From the human T2T-CHM13v2.0 reference genome, Homo sapiens, in assembly GCF_009914755.1 (NCBI RefSeq), contig NC_060931.1: a stretch of DNA of 64,000 nucleotides. One strand, given 5' to 3'. The position numbers and the translations under genes are program-made. Below, one piece after another: positions 55,020 to 64,000 of the stretch. The notes below the pieces were generated by a model. The model saw nothing but the letters and a program-made list of their open reading frames with translations, was not told the origin of the DNA and made no database searches. Positions within the stretch are counted from its first letter, which is position 1; every line of letters begins with the position of its first letter.

Positions 55020-55890
55020 GTTATATATTTTAGCTTGTTTTGTCTCCCTCACAACAACCTGTGAAATAGCTGTTATCTTAGTTTACAGATTAAAATTCTG
55101 AACTTTGGGGAAGTTGCGTAGCTTGCTCAAAGTCCAACATCTCAAAGGACTAGATCCCAGGGAGATGCCCTTCACTTTCCATTCCCTCGGGCTTCCTGTT
55201 TTGAGGAGAACCAGTCTAGTGTAAAGGAGAAAGTTCATAATGATTATTCATAGTTAGACCTGGGTGTAAATCTAGCTCCAAGTCTTTGAGTTGCAGTTTC
55301 CTCAACTAAAAAACAGAGATAAGCTTCTCATCATATGGTTTTTATGAGGAATAAATATGATTACATATTTGGCTTAGGACAGGCCTGGTACATGGTAATT
55401 GCTCAATAAATGTTGACTATCATCATCATCATCATCTAGGTTCTATATCCTATAAAGACGGGAGGCATTTAACTGTAGCAAAGCTTACACTCAACCTCTT
55501 AATTAGTTTTGTTTTATATTTCCCTAGAGTCTTAGAGGACAGTAAGGTGCCAAGGCAGGATGACTGATAAAGAAACCCTGCCCTTTCAGGCGCAATTTTG
55601 AGGTCCTTATGCTGAGCCCCTAGCATCATCACTGTAACTAAAATTTGATATCTTAATGCATAAATGGCAGTATTCCAAGCCCTTTCCATATATTAATTCA
55701 TTTAATCATCACTCACAATAACCCTATGTGACAGACTATACTAATATCTCTATTTTACAAAGAAGGATATTGAGGCCAAGAGATTTTAAATCACTTGCCT
55801 GACTCCACAGACCTGGAAAGTGGTAAATATTTAGTCCCAAGAAGGTTGACTTTTAAAGCCTGTGTTCTACTCACTAAGCTATGTTGCGCC
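55020..55890. mobile_element. Cluster of three MIR fragments (-, +, -)
   Basis: MIR cores at ~55050-55140 (-), ~55215-55430 (+), ~55640-55885 (-). Confidence 0.75.
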
Positions 55891-57491
55891 TTTGTGTGAT
55901 ACTAATTAGGTATATAGTCATATTTGAGGCAATAACAATACAGGATGTCTTATATGTGTAAGAGAGAAGACTGAACCTCTCAAATCATTGCTGCACAATG
56001 CACCGAAGTACAGAAAGCATCAGTTGCGAGAACAGCAGAAATGGTCAAGAAGTCAACAGAGCAGAGCCCCAAACAATGACCCTGAGAAAGTATGCCAGAG
56101 ACACAAGTTGATATGCAACCAGAAGGAAGGGAGTTCCTCTGTTTAAAGAAAGTAAATAGACCAGGAACAACCCTAAGAGGCAGGGTCCACCCACACAGGA
56201 ACAGACTTAGGGGGACCAGGTACAGTTCTCACTGGTGATGGTGCTAGTGCTCACTGGTCTCATCAGCACTGCTAAGACAAAGTGCAGACAGTCACTCTCG
56301 GGAGCATCACTTCTCCTGGGTCACATCAGTGAAGAGGCTGAAAACCAACTCCTGACTTGGCCTCTGATTTCTTGTTTGGGTTTGGCAAGCTGACAGCCTT
56401 CTTTGTATGTATTAGAGTAGGTCAGTAAGGATGAACCCAATGTTCATATTCCCAGGCAGATTCAGGTCAGGAAGAAAGAATGAAAGTGACCATGATCATC
56501 ACTTTCAGTCATGTCACACTGGGCGTGGCAGGGCTATGGATGCACTTTGTGAACCACCCCCTTGGGTGTTGAGTGTGCTGGTGCTGACTTCACAGCATTT
56601 GATACTGAGGATGTCCACCATTCAATAAACTTAAAACAGAAAGAAACTGATGTCAACTCCTTCCTCCACCTCAGAGGAATGCTCCCAAGTACCTCCAGTC
56701 TTATCATATTCTCTAGTTCCAGACCACTTTGCAAAGATGACTGGAAGTCCTTAGCTATAAATTTCAAATCTTAAAAGAGCTTTTGCCATGAGACAGATGG
56801 AAAAATGCATTTTTGGCAAGATTTTAACCCACTCAAATGTAGTGATTTTTCTCCAAATTGAATCTTTGAATTTCAAGCTGCATTTAGTGCTGGCAAAATG
56901 CAGCTTCCTGGTTCAGGATATCTAATAACGCTAATAGTTATTGAGTGAGATGTGGGCAAATGAGACTAATATATAGACATAATTTCCCTTGAAATAATCT
57001 CAGAAGTGAAAGCCCAAGGGAAAACAGGCTCATAATGAGGCAAAATGGATTTTTGCTAAACACAAAAATAGTACAGGACATATTGTGAAACCCCAAAGGA
57101 CAGCTTTACTGCCTCTATCGATCAATGGTTTGTCCTTTCTATTCTCCCTTTCCAAAGGATCTCCAGAGCAGAATGAAAGGATGGATGTGCAAGTACAGTG
57201 ATGGATGAAGGTGAGGAATGGGAGGAGGAAGCCACCCGGAGAGTAGGATGACCCCACACACAGGAGCCTTCACGAAGCCTTTTCTCTAACAGCAGGGCTC
57301 TCCATTTAAGAGTTAAGAACAGCTCCTCTGCACTGGAATGGAACACCGTCATGTGTTCTTATAAAGTAAAGAAATGCCAAAAAACGATTCAAATTCCATC
57401 ATCAACTCCTCTTCTCTTCGAAGGGTTGAATCTCTCATACTCTTGAATATTTTAAGAGCTTCTAGCTTCTCTGAGGCTAATAATGGACTAA

Positions 57492-57715
57492 ATGACCAAC
57501 ATTTAGTTCATTATTTTTCCCACCCATCTATGTTTTGGGGTGCATTGTTTGAAACCCCTCAAATCCAATTCCCAAGGCCCCTAATCCCCCACTCCCCATA
57601 GCATTCTCAGACTAGTAGCCACAAAGGGCATGTGTGAATAAATACACAAGATCACCTTGGGTATTATACCTCTTGAACACTGCCCCTTGCTAGATATACA
57701 TCTTGGGAAAATAAC
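57492..57715 (+). repeat. Dispersed duplicate, copy A (of 59161-59383)
   Basis: About 224 bp, about 18 differences by manual alignment. Confidence 0.95.
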
Positions 57716-59160
57716 CTCAGAGACTTGAGCTGCTCCAAACAACCTGGCACAAACATTGAGGTTTGAAATGAGACTAAGAAACAGACTCTGTAAGTATTAT
57801 TAAATGTTATAAGCACCCCCGCTAGAGAACAAGTATAGAAAGGAATATGAGCCTATAAATATTCCAGAGGTAGACAAACCATGTATGTATATCACGTATA
57901 TTTTAAAACAAAAAAATGGTACGCTGGTTTTAGGTCAAAAAGGCAGATGAACTAAAAGAAAATACACTCCTTCAGCAGCAATTCCTGCCACTGGATTACT
58001 CAAGACATCTCCAGTTTGGATAATGAAAGATTATGCTTCTCCTTGGCTAACTTGAATCCTGCTGAAAACATGGAAATATCAATAATTACCCAAAAGATCA
58101 GCTCTCTTTTTTCTTCCCAGGAAAAAATAAAAAAAAAAACTAAATAATATTGACCTTTGGCTCATAAAAGTAGAATTACTGGTTTTATTATTACTTTTCT
58201 TGGATATTTCTAGAACCTGAATTCCTTCCCCTGAATCTTTTAAAAATTCATCCCCCCTCCTTCGTCCTGGAGCAGCTAGAAAGAGAAGACACCATGTGCC
58301 ACCCGAGAGGAGGGAGAATTCAGAAACTCGTCTTCCATATGTGAAGCCAACATGGCTGGTCATTCTCAGAAAATCATCTTATTTGAGTTGCTGGCCCAGC
58401 TTCTGCACAGGCTTTGGTGCTGGATTAGCTGCTCCCTTTCAGAAATTAGCTAAATGGCTTGCCTAAGAAGTCGGGGGTTGAGTGTATTTTGAAATAGAAA
58501 AAACAACAGAAAAGTTCACTGATCTACACATTTCTTCTTCTTCTTTTGATGTGGGTTACAAACAAATTTTCTAATGAAATGATACATTTATTCTCCCAAT
58601 AAACATTTTCTAATTCACATATTCAACATCATCTATTTATTAATATTGAAAGACTACTAGATGTCAGCTATGGATGTTCACGCTAGGGACATGGATATGA
58701 ACAAAGATGAAGATGTAGGCCTGTGGAAGTTTACGGGCTTAGGTGACACTCGTAGTACTAGCTATTATCTAACACCTCTCTTATGTCACTTAATACATTG
58801 AAAATATAAAATACTGTAGGTAGAACAGAGAGAGAAAAGATTAGTTCTACAAGGGAGAAAAGAGACTTTAGATAGAAGCTTGTGCCCAAAGCAGAACTTG
58901 AAATGTGACTCTACTGCTCTTTCTATTTTCATTATGGGTACCCTTTTATATTATATTATAGGCCCTTATATATTTGTGATGTCAGGGTGTTCCCTGGGTC
59001 TGTTCCCATCATCAACCTGTCCCTAAATAATCAAGTCTGCTCTCCTGATTTCAGTTCCCATTACAAATTCCACACTTCATCTGAAACCATTCTCTTGAAT
59101 GAGAGAATCCTTTTCATGTTAGCCTTCACCTTGATGGCTCACAGGTCCCTTGAGTGCGAT

Positions 59161-59383
59161 ATGACCAACATTTAGTTCATTATATTTCCCGTCCATCTAT
59201 GTTTTGGATGCATTGTTTGAAACCCCTCAAATCCAATTCCCAAGTCACTTAACCCCCAACTCCCCATAGCATTCTCAGACTAATAGCCACAAAAAGCATG
59301 TGTGAATAAACACACAAGATCACCTTGGGCAATTTACCTCTTGAACACTGCCCCTTGCTAGATGTACATCTTGGGAAAATAAC
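59161..59383 (+). repeat. Dispersed duplicate, copy B (probable donor)
   Basis: Contiguous with an L2 on the left and a MIR on the right. Confidence 0.95.
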
Positions 59384-59530
59384 TCTCTTTCTCAGTTGGT
59401 TCATATGTAGAATGGAAATAATCAGATACCTACCCCCTGAGGTTGTTTTGGGGATTGAGTTAATACATGCAAAATGCTTGGAACAGGGCCTAGTATCAAT
59501 GGTAAAAATGAATGTTAACTACTGTGATTA
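59335..59530 (+). mobile_element. MIR
   Basis: ctgccccttgctagatgtacatcttgggaaaataactctc...tgtagaatggaaataatc...ggattgagttaatacatgcaaaatgcttggaacagggcct. Confidence 0.8.
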
Positions 59531-59559
59531 TTCCAGGAACTCAGAGTCTATGTCCAACT

Positions 59560-59912
59560 TACCACATTCTTCCACTCAGAACACCCATATATTGAACTTT
59601 TCCATGCATTTTCCAATGTGCCTCACACTATTCTAAGCTCTAGAGATACAGCAGTGAACCAATCAAAGACCTTGTGGTGCTTATATTTTAAAAGAGGAGA
59701 GACAGATAATAAAAATAAACAAATGCATAATATAACATTAGATGGTATCAAAAGGTATAAAGACAAAAAACATTGTTTTGTAATAGAGAGTGACAGAGAA
59801 GGAGAGGCAAATTTTTATATGACAATAGGGGGTGAGTAAGGAAGCTGCTAAAGAAGGAACTTTTGAGTTAAGACCTGAATGATGCAATCCAAATGTAAAA
59901 AGATCCGAAGAA
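59560..59912 (-). mobile_element. L2 3' fragment
   Basis: cactattctaagctctagagatacagcagtgaacc...ttttgagttaagacctgaatgatg. Confidence 0.8.
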
Positions 59913-59914
59913 GG

Positions 59915-60075
59915 GAGTCTCGACCTTGGCACTAATGACACTTTGGACCAGAGAGTTCTTTGTTGTGAGGGGCCATCCTGTGCATTGCAGGATGTTTATC
60001 AGCAGCCTGACCTCTAACCACTAGATGCCAGTAGCATCCCAGGAGTTATGACAAAATCTCCCTCACTGAATAGCA
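59915..60075. mobile_element. MER20
   Basis: ccttggcactaatgacactttggaccagag...tcctgtgcattgcaggatgtttatcagcagcctgacctctaaccactagatgccagtagc. Confidence 0.9.
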
Positions 60076-61490
60076 ACACTAAAATGACAATTTAAGTGAT
60101 AAACACTGTTATCATTCTCGTCTCACTTCTTGACCCAACTGATCATGTTATATTTCTCGGTTACCAACTTGCTTTTTATTTCCTAATCAGCCAAGTCATT
60201 TCCCATGGCCATACCTGTGCTTATGCTGACCTCTTGACCTTTGTAGAAGACCCTTCCCACCCCTCTTCAGCTGAACAATTCCCCATCATCCTTTCATCAA
60301 TTCGATTCAAAGTGTCATCAGTTCAAAGTGTCTCATTGTCTAATTCATTTGTATTCAGTGTCTATAACACACAGTAGGTGCTTGACACATACTCGGTGCT
60401 TAATAAATATTTATTGAATGAATTAACTACTTTGCCCTCAGGATTTTACAATTATTTAGAGGCCACAAGATATATATACCTATAACTCTCAAATAATACT
60501 AAAGGTGATAAGTGACGTACATTCAATAATAACAAAGTGTTTATTTGAGTTCAGAATGAGGAAAACATACTCTTCAATGAGTACTTTTCTTATGTGTATA
60601 GAACAAGTAAAGACTGTTGCTGTCGAATTGTGACTCACCTTCCCCCAATACAGTCCTATAGTCACAGACCATGGTCATAATTTCACTAGTGATTAATAAA
60701 GCCCTTGCAGACCAGATGTGAGGATATTTGGTAGGTCACACTGACCATCACTCCTACTGGAAAATCAATCTGCAGATACCAGTGGATTATTTCAATGATA
60801 AGAGTCCTATGAATGTAGAGAATGCAAACTGTATCTGAGTGAGGCCAATGCTAAAAGGTACCTTCCCATGCCTTTCTTACCCGTTCTTACCCAGTCTTTA
60901 ATATGCCACATCTGTTTTATTCCTATGCATATGTGTCCCAGGCCTTCTTAGCCACAGCAGGGGCTAACATCAGACACTATGTACTAGTACGAACTTATCA
61001 GTCATCCACAACCAGTACCAGTTGCTCCATATTTTGAATATTCTTATTGGCTTCACCATTACTTGGCTACACACTATCAATGACATTGTCTTACAGCATG
61101 AGAATCATATAGAAACCGTTTATTCCATTTGGTTACAAAGATGAGCTAACTGGGAATATTTTGAGAAGATGGCAGGCTACCAAGCTAAAAACCTTCTAAG
61201 ACAAAATTGAAGGAAATACACCCAACCCGAAAGCAAACAAGCAACTCAGAGATTTAGAATTGCTCTGAAGTTGGTCCAAACTGCTCATCATGTGATTCCA
61301 TTCCATAATAATCCTCTAGGTCAAAAGTTCAATAAGCATAAACTAATATTTAGGAGTCCAGAAATGTGTCATCAACCACACAAGTGCACTCCTCAGATGG
61401 CTCAAGTGGACCATTAAGCTTTGTGTATCTGTACATTCATGAACTGAGCTCCTGTCACACCATTTTGGCACATATTCCCATCTCCCACAA

Positions 61491-61805
61491 TTTTTTTGTT
61501 TGTTTCTTGAGACGGAGTTTTGCTATTTTTGCCCAGGCTGGAGTGCATGGCGCAATCTCAGCTCACTGCAACCTCCGACTCCCAGGTTCAAGCCTCCCAA
61601 GTAGCTGGGATTCTCCTACCTCAGCCTCCCAAGTAGCTGGGATTATAGGCATGCGCCACCATGCCCGGCTAATTTTTTGTATTTTTGGTAGTGACGGGGT
61701 TTCACCATGTTGGTCAGCTGGTCTTGAACTCCAGACCTCAGGTGATCCACCTGCCTCAGCCTCCCAAAGTGCTGGGATTACAGGCGTGAGCCACCGCACC
61801 TGGCC
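61491..61805 (-). mobile_element. AluSp/Sq-like with internal 15-nt templated insertion
   Basis: Full Alu; TSD CTCCCAC(A/C)ATTTTT. Confidence 0.93.
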
Positions 61806-62377
61806 CTCCCACCATTTTTTGCCCATATTTCCAACTCCCACCAGATTCCTATCTATCTATGGATCAAAAACTCAGGAAAAACTCAGCATAAGTGTATTAC
61901 ACACAAATCAATACACAGATAATTTCTATTTCCATGTATGTTGATAGTTCCTAAGACAATTAGAAATAACGTTAAACTTTAAAATAATGTTTTTCCCCTC
62001 AAATGACCTAAGCAACAGAAAAATCATTGTCAAATAAAGCTTCTACAAAAAGCCCTCCCAACTGCACAGAAGTGGAAATTTCCATTTTACAGGTGATGAT
62101 CCTAAGGCTCTTCGACAGATTAAGTGCTTTAGCCATGGTCAAAAGCACGATCAAAGGCTGAAACAAGACTTGCATATTTAAACTCCAGCTTAACTGGGAA
62201 CCTGGTGCTCCACTCCCTGCTTGATGCTACCTCTTAATATAGCTATTGAGTACAGCCCACATTTAAACACCTACTCACAGACGTTACACCAGATAACACT
62301 CCTCAACGAAGCTGTGTTCCCAGACCCACAGCTTTGTACCCACACAGAAAATCCAAGAACTTCAGACTACAAGGGAA

Positions 62378-62674
62378 TTTTTTTTTTTTTTTTTGAGACA
62401 GAGTCTCGCTCTGTCGCCCAGGCTGGAGTGCAGTGGCGCCATCTCGGCTCACCGCAAGCTCCACCTCCCAGGTTCATGCCATTTCCTGCCTCATCCTCCT
62501 GAGTAGCTGGGAATACAGGCGCCCGCCACCACGCCCAGCTAATTTTTTGTATTTTTAGTAGAGACGGGGTTTCACCGTGTTAGCCAGGATGGTCTTGATC
62601 TCCTGACCTTGTGATCTGCCCGTCTCAGCCTCCCAAAGTGCTGGGATTACAGGCGTGAGCCACCGCGCCCAGCC
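62378..62674 (-). mobile_element. AluY
   Basis: Y diagnostics; TSD AGACTACAAGGGA at 62364-62376 and 62675-62687. Confidence 0.95.
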
Positions 62675-62779
62675 AGACTACAAGGGATCTTAAATGATCA
62701 TATGGCCCAGCCTACTCATTTAGCAAATATTTGATCATGGTTCTCTGCACAGCCCAGCACAACTCCCCATCCCCAAGAA

Positions 62780-63230
62780 GGTGAGATCCAAACTCATTGT
62801 ATGGCAAGCACTCTACATCATCTGACCTAGTCCACTGCCAGCCCCACAGCCTGCCAGTTCATCCTGCACATGCATGCTAGTGTCAACAAACAACTTGTCT
62901 TTTCTAGAATACACCATGTTTTTTCAAACCTCCATTACTATTCCTTGTCCCCCTACAGAATCAGTCTTCAACAACTAGTTCAAATGTCACTACCGCTGTA
63001 GGGCATTCTCTGACCCTCTCAGAGAGCATCGTTGCCCCTTCCTTCATCATCCCATGACACTTCTTGCATGCCTTCGACATAGTGCATTTCTCATCATGTG
63101 TAAGTCTATGTTATTCATATGTCCACCTTCTTCCACCAGAAGGTGAGTTCTGTGAGGACAGGGACTGCATTTTATTCATTTCACTCATCCTTGCATCTAG
63201 GCTAGCACTCAGTGTGCTCCTTAAAAAGTT
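62780..63230 (+). mobile_element. L2 3' region
   Basis: ttcaaatgtcactacc...ccaccagaaggtgagttctgtgaggacagggactgcattttattc. Confidence 0.75.
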
Positions 63231-63244
63231 AGAAAAAATGAGAT

Positions 63245-63385
63245 ACAGAGAAAAAAGATGAAGGATGCTAAAGTCAGAGAAATTAAGAGATTTGCTCAAG
63301 ATCACCCAAATGAATCTCACAGCAGGAGGCCCCAATCAGCACACTTTGTCAGACAGACCAGGAGACAAAAAGCCACTTAACTACC
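63245..63385 (-). mobile_element. MIR fragment
   Basis: agatgaaggatgctaaagtcagagaaattaagagatttgctcaagatcaccca. Confidence 0.6.
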
Positions 63386-64000
63386 TACTGACATTCCACA
63401 TCCACCCACTGCCCTCCATTTTCTCTTCATCAGAACATAGTTTCTGATTCATCCCACAGAAAACTCTGCCACAGCTCTGGCAGAGACCCTTGCAGATGAA
63501 AATGGCTGTGAGAGCCCTGCACCTTGCAGAAGCAGAGAAGCGCAGCTGGTGGGAGCACTCAGGTGAACAGTTTAATGCATAAGAGGCTCTTCCATGTAAA
63601 ACAGGCGGGCAAATGCTGGGGGGAGATGGATGGGCTCTCTTGTTTCAACAGTTGCTACAGTAACCCCTCTTCCACCACCAAACCCCAACCTCATAACCTT
63701 CTAGAACACCAATCCCAAGGACAGTGTCTCTGGGGGCTGTGGGTCTTCTTAGCTGTCTCTCCAATGTCTGGGAAAACCCCGTGTCTGATCATGGCCTCTC
63801 CTGCTTGCAAGTAAAGCCAGCCAGAAAAGGCAGCCAAGAAATTAGCCAGCTGGCAGCAACTCTGGAGGTGGGGCTGTGTGAGACCAGACCAGCCTCTCAG
63901 CAAGACGCAAGGGCCTCCCCCAGCCGGCATCAGGCCTTGCTAAAGGGTGAGGAGTCTCTAGTTTCGGCCCCTCACCAACCTCCTCTGAAAATGTCAGAGC

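Noticed and set aside
61366-61944. Longest ORF (192 aa) and similar ORFs at 1317, 2428, 13617, 14230, 18908, 36386, 49468 and 62221
   Set aside because: Alu translations ([29 protein letters not shown]), not genes

Overview
Primate genomic DNA, almost certainly human: it contains a consensus-identical AluYa5. The window is AT-rich and CpG-poor and reads as intronic or intergenic sequence dominated by interspersed repeats: about 14 Alus (J, S, Y, Ya5), a full-length degraded L1PB with target-site duplication, a 5'-truncated L1PA, older L1M/HAL1 pieces, many L2 and MIR fragments, two CR1/L3 reverse-transcriptase relics, MaLR LTRs (MST, MLT1) and DNA transposons (MER5, MER20, MER58, MER94, MADE1). 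I cannot recognise any intact cellular protein-coding gene; the supplied ORFs are repeat-derived or chance. I found no convincing novel protein-coding system. Best leads: (1) a possible large minus-strand transcription unit, suggested by L1/LTR orientation bias, candidate promoters (X-box+TATA at ~3.3 kb; CRE+AP-1 at ~17.9 kb) and candidate small exons; (2) several locally templated rearrangements: two short segments copied from 1.7-2.5 kb away, two fold-back inversions, a slipped Alu insertion and two tandem duplications; (3) a very young, possibly polymorphic AluYa5. Repeat subfamily names are from memory of consensus sequences, and boundaries of old repeats are approximate.
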